From: Psammoneis japonica
Taxonomy: Eukaryota
Reading direction: 5' to 3'
Assembly: GCA_008632985.1 (NCBI GenBank)
Contig: QPGO01000074.1
Span: forward strand, 310,001 to 374,000
DNA length: 64,000 bases
Every line of letters starts with the position of its first letter. The first letter of the stretch is position 1. The notes beneath the pieces are model-generated. The model saw only the letters and a list, made by a program, of their open reading frames with translations. It did not search any database and was not told the DNA's origin. Made by a program: the position numbers and the translations under genes. Positions 47,692 through 61,296 of this stretch are shown in pieces.

Positions 47692-50600
47692 ATGAAGTTC
47701 AATTATAGATTGCAGCGTCTGTGTGGATCGTACTATGGCAACCCATCTTCAACCGAATCAGGTGGTGGCAGCGGCGCCAATGTCGTGTACACCTCGGACG
47801 GCAACACGCTTTTATCTGCAGTGTCGAATCGAATTCAAGTGCTCGATTTAAAATCACAAACGGTCCGTACATTGCCCATCGAGGCTCGATCCAACATTCG
47901 ATGCATCGCACTGTCACCCAACGATGCTTTGCTATTATTGGTAGACGCGAAGGACTATGCCATGCTGGTCAACTTTCGTCGGGGAATGGTGTTGCACCGA
48001 TTCAAGTTGAAAAAGCGAGTGCGGGACGTTCGATTCAGTCCGGATGGAAAGTACGTTGCCGTGACGCATGGAAAGCATATTCAAGTGTGGCATGTTCCGT
48101 CCATGCGTAAGGAATTGTGTCCGCTGGTGTTGCACCGGACGTACACAGGCTTGTCGGACGATGTCGTGTCACTCGGTTGGAGCAGCGATTCGTCCGTTTT
48201 GGTTGGAGCCAGTCGGGACAGTACGGCACGAATTTGGACTCTGGAAACCACAAGGGATTATGTTCCAGTCACACTGAGTGGTCACAAGAGTGCTCTTGTC
48301 GGGGCGTATTTGGTGGGAGAGGAAAAAGACAACATTGACGCTTGTTACACAATAAGTATGGATGGAGCTCTAGTCACATGGACTCACAGTCGAGTAGGCA
48401 GCGACGACGAGGATGAGGAAGCTGCCTCAAACGAGAAGAGCACTTCAGTCCAAGACTCGGTAGATTTCTTTACTGGAGGTTTGCCAAGCAGTCGAAAAAG
48501 AAGCTTTCAAGACATGTCGTCGAGTGGAGGAAGCACACAGGCGGAGAATCTCGTCAAGGCGACTTGGTCGGTCAAATCCCGTCACTACTTTCATCAGGAA
48601 GGAGCGACCGTGACCTCGTGCTCGTATAGTCACCAAGGGAAGCTTCTTGTTGTGGGGTTTTCGTCCGGACTCTTTGGCCTTTACGAGATGCCGACCGTGT
48701 CAAACATTCACACTCTCTCTGTGGGTTCCAACCAGTCCATTCGATCATGTGTACTCAATCCGTCTGGCGATTGGTTGGCACTGGGATGTCCGACTTCTCA
48801 GCAATTGTTGGTTTGGGAATGGCAATCCGAAACCTATGTGTTGAAGCAGCGTGGACACGCATACGGGATGCGCTGTATGACGTACGCACCGGACGGTGTC
48901 GTCATTTGCACCGGTGGCGAGGACGGCAAGCTAAAACTGTGGAACGCCTCGAGTGGATTTTGCTACGTCACGCTGGAGCAGTCTCATACGGCTCCCGTGA
49001 CGGCTCTGTCTTTTGCCAACTCGAGTGTCGTGCTGAGTGCAAGCCTTGATGGGACTGTCCGGGCGCACGACTTGCATCGATACCGAACCTTCAGGACACT
49101 GACAACTCCCACTCCCGTGCAGTTTCTCAGTCTAGGGGTGGATCGGAGTGGCGAAATTGTCACCGCCGGTACAGCGGATCCTTTTCATATCTATGCATGG
49201 AATTTACAAACAGGCAAGATCCTGGATGTGTTGACGGGCCACGCGGGTCCCGTTTGCGACCTGGCCTTTGCGTCCAATGGAGGGACTCTGGCATCGGCGT
49301 CCTGGGACGGGACGGTCAAGTTTTGGGAACTCTACAAGAGCAACGTGGAAACAGAAAGCGTCCAGCATTCTTCGGATGTCGTTTGTGTTGCATTTCGACC
49401 GGACGGAAAGGAGATTTGCACTGGAACGATTGGCGGTCTTTTGAGCTTTTGGGATGTCGAAGATGCGAGACTGAAATTTGAAATTGACGGTCGAAGGGAC
49501 ATTGCAGGCGGTAAGTCCTGATTGTCAACTGGCACTAAAGATTCATTTGTCCTCCCGATGAAACTAATGCTTTGTCCGTTATGGTTTTGTAACAGGCCGA
49601 AAACTCAATGATAGAATGACAGCGGACAACAATGCGTCCTCCAGATACTTCACATCGGTCTGCTACTCTGCCGACGGCTCGTGCATTTTGGCAGGTGGCA
49701 ACTCCAAGTATGTATGCATCTACGAGGTGTCGCAGCAAATGCTATTGAAAAAGTTCCAAGTCACGTTTAATCGTAGCCTGGATGGCGTTCTCGACGAGGT
49801 GAGTACGAGGGAGCTTTGGTTTTGTTTTCGCGAAACGGGCAACATGGCAAACGCAGTGACGATGATTTTCCCATAAACGTTTGCAGTTCATTGCTGACGG
49901 CGTGTCCGTTGGAGCAACAATCTTCCTTGGATGTCTGAGCGTTCATGCCTACTCCCCGCATCCTTATCGTTTCAAACGTTGTTGATTTTCATTTTGTTTT
50001 TTTGCTCACCAACTACATCATTCTTGTCGTTGTATTATTTGTCGATAGCTAAACTCCAAAAACCTTGGAGAAGGTGGACCCATTGATGACCATGCTGACT
50101 CGGGTGATGAGGCAACCTACAATGCGTTGCAGCTTCCCGGTGCAAAACGAGGAGACGATGGCTCGAGAAAAAGTCGTGTAGAGGTTTTGACGTCGCAAGT
50201 GGCCTTCTCGTCCACCGGCCGTGAATGGGCTGCTGTCTCTGGAGAAGGCCTGCACTTGTATTCACTGGACGATGATATGATTTTTGATCCCATTTCACTG
50301 AGCGAAGCAATTACCCCCGCAGCCATCATGTCCAACTTGTCTGATGGTGAATACGGAAAGGCGCTGAAAATGGCTCTTTATCTGAACGAGTTTGAACTCG
50401 TTAAGGAAGTGTTGGAGGAAACTCCGTACGCTTCGATACCGCATATCGTTCGGTTTGTTGGACCCGAACAGCTTGCACCACTGCTGCAATTTCTCTCAAA
50501 ATGCATGTCGGATTCGCCGCATATCGAATTCTACTTGCAATGGTGTTTGGAGCTGCTTCAAACTCATGGTATGTACATGGAAAAGCACAGGAGTTCCTTC

Positions 50601-50735
50601 ATGAGAGCGTTCCGAGCTGTTCACAAAGCTGTACAGACACGATACGACGAGCTCAAGACAATATCGGATGCGAACAAATACACGCTAAGCTTCATTGAGG
50701 ACCAATCAAGACTTCTTCTCGCAGACACGACTTAA
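47692..50735 (+). CDS. PWP2: Periodic tryptophan protein 2 (Utp1), WD40 SSU processome subunit; 3 exons
   Basis: QLLVWEWQSETYVLKQRGH, SLDGTVRAHDLHRYRTFRT, IDGRRDIAGG, GGNSKYVCIY, FDPISL, SPHIEFYLQW. Confidence 0.95.
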
Positions 50736-51235
50736 AAAGCCAGTCAATGGTGGCTGTTTATAGTGTTTACTCTTCAAGCTACATTGGCACATATTGGTTC
50801 TGACTGCAAAGAGCATATTATGTGTTCTCACACAGAGGAGTGTAACACCGATTTCCCCGAGTCGCTCCGCGCTCCCACCATTTCCTCAAGATCAAAACCA
50901 CGAGCTCAGTTGACCTTCTTTGTGTCATCCTTGGTGCGGTGACCCGGGGCTACCATGGAGGCAGACCTTCCGGCCACGCATGAATGTTACCTCTTGAAGT
51001 GGTGGAAACAAGCACTGAGGTCCGCCGCAGGAAATCTTCAGCCTTGTTGGATTGCGTCTGCAGGGGCTAGTCTACCATTGGATTTGCTCGGCTTACGGTA
51101 GTGGTAATTCTAGCCGCTTCAAATTAGTGAATAAGAAGCAACTTTCTACTTGCAGCTTGTTACAGCCAGCCAGCTGCGGGTACTTCAACGTAGTTACTCT
51201 ATCTACGAATAGCTACCATCGAGAGGGACAAAGCT

Positions 51236-52633
51236 CTACTTGTTAGCTTTGGCGTGGGTCTCTAATTTCCACTCCTTCAAAAGCTCTCTGTACAGCATGC
51301 ATACTTGTTCACAATACTTTGGATGATTCCCGATGTACAAAACAGCCTTGTTCATTGTTACCAGTGCTGCCTCCAGGTTTCCACTTGCTTTGTAAGCCAA
51401 GGCTAAATACTTATAAGAATCTGAAGGAATGTCACGGCTCAGGAGTAGCGTCATCTGAAGAGGATCGACAGCATCCTTGAAGTCACCCATTTCGAACAGA
51501 CACCGACCAGTTCCAAGCAAGTACTCATGGTTTCTCGAGCGGGGCGATGATTCCGGCAGTAGCGACCACGCAAAACCGAATAGCTTATCGTTGATAACAG
51601 AGAGAGCTAGTTTCCACTCTTTGGCTTCCATGTATGCTCTGGCCTGTACTCTGTACGCCTCTTGAATTAATTCGAACGGTGCCGTATAATTTGGATCCAT
51701 TCGTGGAGCCATAAACTCCATTTTCTCCATAAGCTTTTCCGCCTTCTTGGTTTCACCTGCTTTCAGAGCTGCCTCATATTCAGCGCATACTCTTGTCAGG
51801 GGTTGTTCAGAAACCCGGTAGTGATATTCCATCAAAATGTTTATTTGCTTCGCGGCGTCCAAAGGCTGACCGGCATCAATTAAAAGCTCTGCCATGCTGA
51901 TTCGAGCGGTCCTTTGACATTCGCTGTAGCTGATGATTTTCGCCATGACGCCTAGAGCTTCTCCAACGAGCTTCCGCCTCTTTTCACATTGATCTTTGTC
52001 CATCGCTTTTGCCTGATTTCTGAGTTCATTGGCCCGCATAGTCAACTGTGCTTCTACAATGGGCATTGGTTCTCGACACGTGGGACAGGCATCCCCTTTC
52101 TGAAGCTCAATTCTCTTGAGGAACGTACCCTTTTGCCACTCCATAATACAAGCAGCACAGAAAGAATGCCTGCATGGGAGGACTATCACATCCTCAGGCG
52201 AAACTGCATCCTTTAAGCATATTTGACAATTGTCGTTCAGTGGGTTCTCTTGATTGTCCCAGTCAATTTTCACGCGACTCGTCCCCATTTCATCTGGATA
52301 TGAGATGAGGTCCTCCTCGTCAAAGAGCGTAACCCCCGTTTTTCCCACTTCCGCCAGGCATTTACATTTCTGCTTGTGTCTCTGGAAATGCTCCTTCTGA
52401 CAGTCGCGGTTACAATAATAGTGGTTGACGCAACGGCTACATCGATTCCGAGGATTCCTCTGGTGGCACGTGGGAGAGTCGCAGAACACACAGTCTTTGG
52501 GTATTATCTTTCGCAATTCGGTAAAGTCCTCCTCTTGGATCAGTCTTTCCACAAGATCCTTGTCCTTGAGATACACGTCAGGCAGGTTACATTCCAGTAT
52601 CCCATCGCGGTCGATGGCATTCAGCTCCGACAT
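51236..52633 (-). CDS. MYND zinc finger + RING finger + TPR-like protein
   Basis: CVFC...RCSRC...YCNRDCQKEHFQRHKQKC (MYND); CQIC...LPCRHSFCAACI...CPTCR (RING); helical TPR-like C-terminus. Confidence 0.85.
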   Translation of the reverse strand: MSELNAIDRDGILECNLPDVYLKDKDLVERLIQEEDFTELRKIIPKDCVFCDSPTCHQRNPRNRCSRCVNHYYCNRDCQKEHFQRHKQKCKCLAEVGKTGVTLFDEEDLISYPDEMGTSRVKIDWDNQENPLNDNCQICLKDAVSPEDVIVLPCRHSFCAACIMEWQKGTFLKRIELQKGDACPTCREPMPIVEAQLTMRANELRNQAKAMDKDQCEKRRKLVGEALGVMAKIISYSECQRTARISMAELLIDAGQPLDAAKQINILMEYHYRVSEQPLTRVCAEYEAALKAGETKKAEKLMEKMEFMAPRMDPNYTAPFELIQEAYRVQARAYMEAKEWKLALSVINDKLFGFAWSLLPESSPRSRNHEYLLGTGRCLFEMGDFKDAVDPLQMTLLLSRDIPSDSYKYLALAYKASGNLEAALVTMNKAVLYIGNHPKYCEQVCMLYRELLKEWKLETHAKANK

Positions 52634-52799
52634 GAAGTGCTAGCTAAGTGTGACTGGATGTGGATGAGGCAACGAGTGACGGGGGCGTTTTGAGAAAAGG
52701 CGTTTTCAAATTGAGAGAGCTCCGCTAAAACATGAAGTAAAAGAACTCAGCATTTATTTGTTGAAGCGACAACTACAATCTGCAACCTAGCTAGCCTGA

Positions 52800-54350
52800 C
52801 AGCAATGTGCCATCGTGCCATGGCACAGCATGACGCATGTGTTGATTGGCCCGAGGACCCGGAGGATCGCGGCGTCCCGCGTGGACGGGAACGAAAATCT
52901 TGGAATCCCGGCCCGCCGCCGCAGTCGAAGCAGCTTTGTGACATCGACAACAATCTTCCTCTAAAAACGCAGTCTTCTGTCTCCAAACTTTTGATGCGCA
53001 TTGTTGATCTTTCACATGCTGGAAAGACTTGGTGGGGACAGAAAACTTCCTCTGCACTCTTGTTGTGGCTTGCCGCTTTTTTCTTTTCTTCCCGCGGCAG
53101 CAAAGCACAGTGAGAAACTCAGAAAACAAAAACCGTGCTCAAATCATGAAATGTTTGCCTGAGTTCAAGCTAAAAAAGCAGCAAACAACCACTCTTGATG
53201 GTCTTTGCAAAGGCAAAGCATGAGAACTCTTGTGGCATGTTTGTCAAGTCATGTGCACACGATGTGTTGAGTGCCTGGTTGGCTGGTGTGTGCCATTGAC
53301 TTTGGCAAAAATCAAGCAGCTGACTGTTTCAATTGGCTTGAAGCTTTTCTTTGGGAAAAAGCAAGAGTCACATAACACTGGGTGGGCACCAAGCACCAGC
53401 ACCAGTAAAAATCCAGCACAGCTGCAAGACAGGCTGCCCCCCACCAGTCAATCCTTGCCAGTCAGCAGCCGCCAGGGGCACAAACAAGAAATTGCAGGAG
53501 AAGCACAAAAGCAGCAAGGGCACAAAGTTGTGGCCCAACACCACCCATCATGTCAGCCAAGAGGAGTGCTGGGCATGTGAAACAGCTGTCCTCTGGTGGC
53601 AGCCATCCAAGGCAGCAGCGCATCTCTGGGGTCAGCATGTCACAACCAGCCATGCTGATTGTTGCATGACACACATGTTGGTTGTGTCAGCCAGTTGTTC
53701 TGTCTCACTGTGCACTTGAAGATGAGCTTGACTCATCAATTTTTCTCATCTCTCTGCACCCTTGAGCACAAAAACACAACACATCACATTGAACATCTGC
53801 TGGGAGTTGCCAGAAAAAGAGATGACTTGCGCTCCCACCCCACCCCTTTGTTGCATTTTTTCTGTGCCACAATCTCCTCTGAGTTGCTCATTGCAGCTGT
53901 GTCACACACTGTTGTGGCCCACATCTTGGTGCACTCAGCGCTGCTGAGCATGTCATCCTCAGCTCTGTCGTGCTGTGCTGCCTTCTGTGGCATCAGCATG
54001 TGTCTGGACAAGAGAGTGAACACACAGAAAGAGCAGCTCCCACTGAGCAGTGAAACATCTTCACACTGATGTTCATGCTGCAACCAGCCATCACATCTTG
54101 AACAAAATGATGTGTCGCACTAGAAGGGGTGCCATGGAAGGGCTGAGGCTGCCACAGAAGAGGATTGCAAGTCTTCACATGGCCTGTCTTCACATGGACA
54201 AGCCCCCCTCCTTTGGATGCACACACTGGTCTAACAAGGAATTGTTGTCTGCTGCAATTCGTTGCACCTGAGTGCCCCAATGCTCCTGTGTGGGTCAAAC
54301 CAACTGTGTGTCTGCAAAAGCCTGGATCCAATCAAATGTTGGATCCTCAA
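52800..54350. mobile_element. TpA-depleted degenerate block; CpG retained at the left edge
   Basis: Compositional signature only. Confidence 0.65.
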
Positions 54351-54652
54351 ACTTTAAGCAGCTCCCTGTAATTTTTTATCATCCACAATGATTTACGGCA
54401 ACAATGTTGTTTTGATCGTAATCCGTTCCCTCTTCGAGTCTACCAGAAAGTAATGTATTGCTACTTCTGTTGGTAAACGTGCTATAGTCAAATGAGCATT
54501 ATCTTCACAGTTTTTACTGTAGTAAATTCACAGATCACAACACACTCCTTGCCGTTTAGTTTTGAAACAACAGGCGTACTGGTTTGCATGCCATCCAATA
54601 GTTTCCACATATACTTCATTCCCAAATCGCTTCCCCATGTTATTATGATTCT

Positions 54653-55659
54653 TTAATCTTCCTTTTTCAGCATTCCAACATAGTCTCCCTTTGGCACCTT
54701 GACTTGGAAGGCATTGGCGAGACCGGCACCAATGAAAAAGAGCGTGACACAGAATTGTCCCTTTTTAGGCGCATCAATCACATCAAGTGCCATTGTGCTA
54801 TTCAAGAACAAATGAAAGGTGGTGGCTGCCAAAAAGGCCGACGTCATGGGAGGCGCGGGTCCATTCAAGAGCGGACCTAACCCCTTGTTGAGTGGTAAAA
54901 AGGCCCCACCGCATCCACCCAGTGTGCCACAAACAATGGGACCAAACAGTGGAAAGGTAAAGGTGGACGGCGCAATGGTGTTGCTAGCAACGATGACAAA
55001 TTTGCAAAGCAGCGACGCTCGAAAAGTCTCAAACATGGCGACAAAGACAAACTACAAAAACAGAAATGGGGATATCGTGAGTTTTTAAAAATGAAGCAAT
55101 AACAACAACACCATTCAAAATTCCTTGCCTTCATAAAACTGGACTGGGCATAGACCTCTCGAACAATGGGAAAGTAATTGTGTACCAAAAAGGCCAACGT
55201 CACCATGATTAGAAAAAAGTCTTGCGAAAGCGGGACGGGCATGAGGTTGAGAATCACGGGAACCATGATTCCACCACCGGTACACGTAAAGACCATGCTG
55301 ACAAACTTGTACGATAAGGAGTTTGTCGGAGTAAAGGTTGTAAAGAGTTTGGTTCCTGGAGCGACGGCAGGGAGTTAAGCACAAGGATGGGACGTAACGG
55401 CCATCAATATTCCAGGCTGATTGAGCACTCACCATGAAAAAAGGCATACCCAAATGCCACCATATACCTACAAAAGGTCAAACAAAAGTCAAACGACATC
55501 AGCACTTGACTGCCGCTCCACTTTTTCACACAAGTCGCCTCTGTGAACTCACCGAATCTCGTCCGTGTGCATCAACAAGAGCTCAGCAAAGGTGCTAGTC
55601 ACCATCCATGCAGATGGATCTACGACGGGTTCCTCTTCCACCACCTTTTTCCTACCCAT
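54653..55659 (-). CDS. TRIC (TMEM38)-like multi-pass membrane protein; 3 exons
   Basis: Start MGRKKVVEEE; two repeated Gly-rich motifs CTGGGIMVP and GTLGGCGGAFLP; several TM segments. Confidence 0.7.
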
Positions 55660-57387
55660 TGTGCGCTTCTTCCTTTTTCAATTTCGTTTGGATGGCACGA
55701 CAGCGACGCCTGTCTCTTCTTCGTGAAGTTTTGTAAAAAGAGTTGAAAGTGAGACGTCGTGGTGTCATGAGATTTTGCCGCGAAATTTTCGCTCGATTTC
55801 AAGTCAGTCGTGTGAGTCAGATACATAATAAATGTATTTAGCAATTTAGGGCCCTAGATCTATCAAATCACCTGCGAAATCTATGAATCAAGATTTGAAA
55901 TTTTCAATCCACGCACCATCATCATCATGTTCGATTTCTCGGGATCGGGGATCAACCTCTCTCATTTGCTCTGTTTCTTTTGAATACAGTACTCGTAGTA
56001 TGTTGGTCACCATGACCAAGGAGTGATGTACAGTATGCGTCCAAAAGCGCTATGAAATCAGTCAGCTTTGCCGACACTGCGAGGTCCAGCAACTTTCCAC
56101 ACCGACGGCAACACCCTCTTGATGCATTGCTTGGTGAAAGTGGTTGAACCATTTGAAAATGCTTCTGGTGTTTATCTCTCTCGAGACGACTCACGGGTCG
56201 GTGAGTGGATTTCTCTCTGCATCCGTCGCATGCGTGTTTGCAGACGATCTTTTTTCATTTTTCGAGCGATGAGGAGCATATAGCGCGTCTTTGTCAATGC
56301 TTCATTTAGACGAGGCGTACATGAGCTCAAAAAAGTACCAGTGCCCCCCATTACAAGCGCTTCAACTCTAATCTGAAAAGGTTTGGTCTCTGAATGGTTG
56401 GAAACAAGAAAACAAATGCAACAAAGAAATCAAAAAAACATTCGAATGTCCACGCAATCTGGCATCGCAAGTACTACTGGAATTGATGGCTACTTTTATT
56501 CAAATGATCAGATGTGTTTTAAGTTTTCTCTTTGGCTTGTGCATGGCAATGAAGCTGAAGACTCGTTTCAAAAGGGCAAATATGGAGTCACTTGGAGGAT
56601 TCTTCAAGTTCGACCGAGATTACACTTCGGACCTCACCAAGGTCTTTGAGCTACAACAAATAATTCATTGCAGTGACACTTATACAAGTTTGATGAATAT
56701 CAATCGTGTCGCCCATGGATCTTGAATTCAATATCATGTCATGTGATCTGTTCACCACCGAATGTGAAGCATTGACTCGGGCTGTTGAAAGCGCATTTTT
56801 TCGAATGCGAAACTTTGCTTGGGTTTTGGTCTTTGCTGCTGGCGCGTAATTGCCACAGTGTTTTAGTGTGGAGAATCCATCAAATAGCAATAGCTAAGAA
56901 ATGTCATGGCGAACACGCTGCCAACATTTGCGACATCGAAAGCAAGGGAAATACATGTTTTTCACTGACTTCGTACTGCAGGGCTCTGATTTAATGAAGA
57001 GAAAGGACCATAAACGCTGCGATCACTCTTCCATCGAAGGATGTACCGTACTCAATAACTACAAGTACGTTGGCCAGCTACTTAACAACCAAAGCAAAGA
57101 TAACAAATCAATGATAAGTAGTTAGCCCTGACAGGCTCTAAAACCCGGCTGGAAAGTATGTAAGAAGATACCTCATACCGGCTCGGATTACAGGTCCGAC
57201 CGCATTTCTTGCCTAAAAATACAAATACGAAAGGCTTGCTATTCCGTCGTTTCTCTTCAACTGTCTCCGCGTACAGAACAGAAAGCCTGAATGAATGAAT
57301 TGCATGCAACGTTGCCGTCAGTTATCCAGTCAATGATTTCTTCGTAGGTCCCTGGTACAGCAATGATGAGCGTAGTCTACGAACTTG

Positions 57388-58218
57388 TTACTGGGGATGC
57401 TGACAATCGAATGTAACTCTGCAAGGTGTTCCACACCACGCCCTGCATCCTGCAGCACTGATACAGGAGCCTAATACCATCCGCGGAAACCCTCGGACTG
57501 TACTGCCGCCGAACTGGTTTCGTGAGCCAACGGCATACGTCTCGTGCAGCACCATCCGGCATTGGGTAGTACGCATGTAATCTCTTGTGATGAGACGTGC
57601 CGTTTGACGCTCTATCTTACGTCCTTCCGTCTTACAAACAAAGTTTGGTGTATAGATGCACCCGCTTGACAAGCTTGCATAGGTTTGACTGCCATCGCCC
57701 AATAGCGTTTCCATAAATAATGAATTATACCGCCACCTTAAGTATTTGTAGGTCGTCTTCCTCGACACCGGTAGAGACGACACGGCAAAAGAGGCATTGG
57801 ATAAGTCTTCCGGAGAAGGAGTTCCAACTTGAGTTATGTTCGGAAGGACGGTTGGAAAGGTAGTCCCTTCTTTCCCCTTGTTGTCCTCCTCCGTCTGGCT
57901 CTTCTGGTTCTTGGGGATCCCTGCTGGTGGGCAGGAAAATGACACTGTAAGCCCCACACCTACCGCTACACTCACCGTGGCTGCTGCAATCAGCAGAAGC
58001 TTCACGAGCTTTGCACGATTTGAAGTTCCTTCATGGTTATCGTTGAGTTTGATTCGTGCATCTTTTTGATCTTCTGCGAGTTCGATTCGTGCATCTTTTT
58101 GATCTTCTGCATAATCGCTCTCCTGGCTCTCCTCATCAACAAACGTGTCCTCCTCTCCGGATGTGAGAGCTGGATGCTCTTGGTGCACTTTGGAATTGGG
58201 CTGGTGTTCATTGCTCAT
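57388..58218 (-). CDS. Hypothetical single-pass membrane protein with an 11-aa tandem repeat
   Basis: ATG at 58218; AEDQKDARI(E/K)L twice (33-nt repeat at 58051 and 58084); TM segment LLLIAAATVSVAVGVGLTV; Cys-rich C-terminus. Confidence 0.65.
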   Translation of the reverse strand: MSNEHQPNSKVHQEHPALTSGEEDTFVDEESQESDYAEDQKDARIELAEDQKDARIKLNDNHEGTSNRAKLVKLLLIAAATVSVAVGVGLTVSFSCPPAGIPKNQKSQTEEDNKGKEGTTFPTVLPNITQVGTPSPEDLSNASFAVSSLPVSRKTTYKYLRWRYNSLFMETLLGDGSQTYASLSSGCIYTPNFVCKTEGRKIERQTARLITRDYMRTTQCRMVLHETYAVGSRNQFGGSTVRGFPRMVLGSCISAAGCRAWCGTPCRVTFDCQHPQ

Positions 58219-58299
58219 CTTTGCTGCAATGTTCGTCGCACAACGACAGTCCTCTCCAAAGATTTGTTGCGTGAAACTATGGGGACTTCGGTGCAGTTT

Positions 58300-61010
58300 T
58301 CTAAGAAAAGCTCTCTTGCTTGAGAAAATGCAGTCCATTCGTGCATTGCACGCGTTGCTTGTCCAATCACATTGTTGCAAGTTCAGATGACCGTTAAAAA
58401 AGAACAAAAAAATGACGTCAAAAGTCAAAAAAGATTTTTTCCTGGACCGCCCCACCCATGAACAGGAGTCTCTTTGGAAATGGTTGTGAAGTTCAAGTCT
58501 TGTTTTCTTGCACAGTGCACACATCAAATTGCTCACATCTCATTTTGCAGCCGGCGTCATTTGTTTTTCTGCGTTTGTTTTCCACAGAGACCCGCGTTGT
58601 GGATCTGCAGAAGACACACTTTGCAAAAGTGCAGGCAATTTGCTGGGCTTGCCGGGAATGGGAATGCTGATGCCCTGAACATGTGGGTGTTGAGCCTCCT
58701 TGAGTGACATGTCATCATGATTGTTGCCCCGGCAATGGCCAGATGACCTGGCGCCAGATGAAAATGTTTTGTGCCACATTGGCTCTCCCTCGGCAACCCG
58801 ACTCACCCTCGTTTGCACCATCTTTTGTGCCTCCAAAGCTGGCAATGAAACTTTTCCATCCTTTTTTTCCTCTGTCACAGCTCTGCCATGCTGCCATGGA
58901 GGGAAAGAGTTTCCCCCACCTGGGGGGAGTGTCAGTTGCATGGAAAGAGGAGGAAAGCAACAAACGGGAAAGAGCAAAAGACCTGGGTGCTCATGGCACT
59001 TGAGTGCACCACCCATTTGACATGCAAACATGCACAGGAGAACATGGTGCTCTCTTGTGGGGTTGCCCAGAGAGAAAAAGAGTTGCCAGTCTCAGCAGTG
59101 GTGGCGGGTCAGCGGGTGCCTCCTCCACAGATCCTCTGACAATTCTGTTGACTGGTCACATGAGATGTTTCATCCAGTCTTTTCAGCTGACAAGATCTTG
59201 TCCAGCGCCAAAGCAAGAGAGAGAAAGAGCACAACAACATTGCACCTTGGCAGTCCAAACTCAAAAGGACCTGCAGACTTCAGCTGTGTCACCCAATGAC
59301 CCCAAGTTTGCAAATCTCAAGCCACTCTCACAAAAAAGCAACAAGCCACTTGCAGTTGTTGGGTTGAGCTCAACTTGCCCTGTCATCTTTTTCATGGTGC
59401 ACAACATGGCAGCAGAAAGAGAAAATTTTGCAGATGGCTGGTGTTGCAGCACAGCAACAAAAGCAAAAAGCAAACACACAAAGAAGACAAGAAAGAATCA
59501 TTGAAGTAGAGCACCCCACAACATCTTTGAGGGCGTCTCAGCCACAGCTGTGATTGATGGTGAAGAGGGGTGACACCAGAGGCATTGAACAGAAATGTTG
59601 GCAGGAGAAGCATGTGGCTTTTCTGCTCTCTGCTTGCTGTGTCACTTCTTGGGCTTTGATTTTTCATTTCTCATGACAAACACATGATCTGAGTGTGCAC
59701 TGCAAAGAAGAGCTGCAGCTGCTTGCGGTTGCTCCATCAATGCTGTGCACACTGAAAGCTGAAAGCAACACATTGGGCAAATCAGGGTGGCAAAAAGCAA
59801 AGATGGTGCTTTTGCTTGCCAGCAAGCATCTTCTCTGGTGGACATGCCGCTGCACTTCTGGCTGGCCTGGTGCCTCTTGTCTTGGAGTTGTTGTGCCCCC
59901 CTTTGGCTGGTGCATGATTTTGCTTGAGAGTGTTTGGGCAGAGATGTTGACAGTGTTGGGATGTTTGGGGGGGCTGCTGTTCCCAACAAAAAGATTTTTG
60001 CAAGAAGAAAGAAATTGTGCTGGTTTTTCCTGCAGGAGTTTGCTGGTGCTGTGACATGCAGCCATGCAGCAAACATGAGGGAGAGCCATCAGCCAGCACT
60101 TTTTAGCCAGCATTTTGTGTGAATGAAATGAAAGAAAGATCTGAGCTCACATCTGGCAAAGTTCACAAAGCAGAGCAACAAGAGCTTGATCTTTTTCCAG
60201 CACAGGAAGAAAAAGACCCAGTGTGTGATGGCCAAGCCACAAGTGCATCAGAGCTGCAGGCTGGCACGTGCTGCCTGCATGTCAGCATTGATCAACACAG
60301 TCTTTTTTTTAAACATCATTGTCATTCTTTCTGAGTTTGCAGCTTTTGTGGTGCTCCACAGCCACAGACATTTCTGAGGCTAAAACTAAATCACTGGGGT
60401 CATCCAGCTGCAAATCTGCACAAAAAACCATTTGTGTCAGCCATGTTGGTTGTCAGAAGCAAGAGACATTGTGAGCATTTGACCATTGAAGTTTTGAGTG
60501 TGTTCCTTGCCCCCCGTGTTTGAGGTGCCACACAAAAGTTTGTTGTTGGTGCAATGCACACAACAAGATCCTCTCCCTCTGTGCATCATTTTGAGATGAT
60601 GGATGTGCAATGCAACAAAAAACAGCCAAAGGTCACCAATCTCTTTGCTGCTGGGGCTTGCTGCTGCCCAATCTCTCACCAAAGAGTCAGCGGTGCACCC
60701 AACTCTGACGAATGAGTCCTGCCCATGAATCATCAAGGATGCCAGAGCACACCAGCACCCTTTTCTCAATGGCCACATCCCCTGGTGTGCAGAGGTGTGG
60801 TGCTTGCTGTGGAGATGTGATGTGTTCTTGACTGGGGGTGCTGGTGACTCTCTCTCCCACAGAGAGGAGTCAAGAGCAGGAAGAAAAGGAGTGACATTGT
60901 GCACCGCCACTGCCGGCTTTTGGGAGGGGCGCACAACACCACCACTGCAATTGACACAAAAACACCACCACTGCAATTGACACAAAAAAGCTGCCCAACG
61001 CAAAAGACAA
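58300..61010. mobile_element. TpA- and CpG-depleted degenerate block, origin unrecognised
   Basis: Compositional signature; 26-bp tandem duplication at 60935-60986. Confidence 0.7.
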
Positions 61011-61296
61011 TCCTTTTTATAAGTTGTTGAAGCCCATGATGTAAATAAATGTGGAAGCGTTTTGTTTTGTTTTGTTTTGTGCGAGGTTGTGCTCTCACGG
61101 AATCCGGAATTCACCCTTTCAACCAAAATTGGTTGAAAACTCAACAACGACACTCCAATGCGCGGCAGTACGATTTCACCGTAGAATCTACGCCCACAAA
61201 ATCTTTGGGTCACCGCGCCGTACCAGTCTCTCGTACAAAGCTACGCATCGGTCATTCATCACTGCATCACAACACACAACAACACACTCACTCACC

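Noticed and set aside
56383..57125. Possible fragmented gene
   Set aside because: Only short ORFs with no motif I can recognise.
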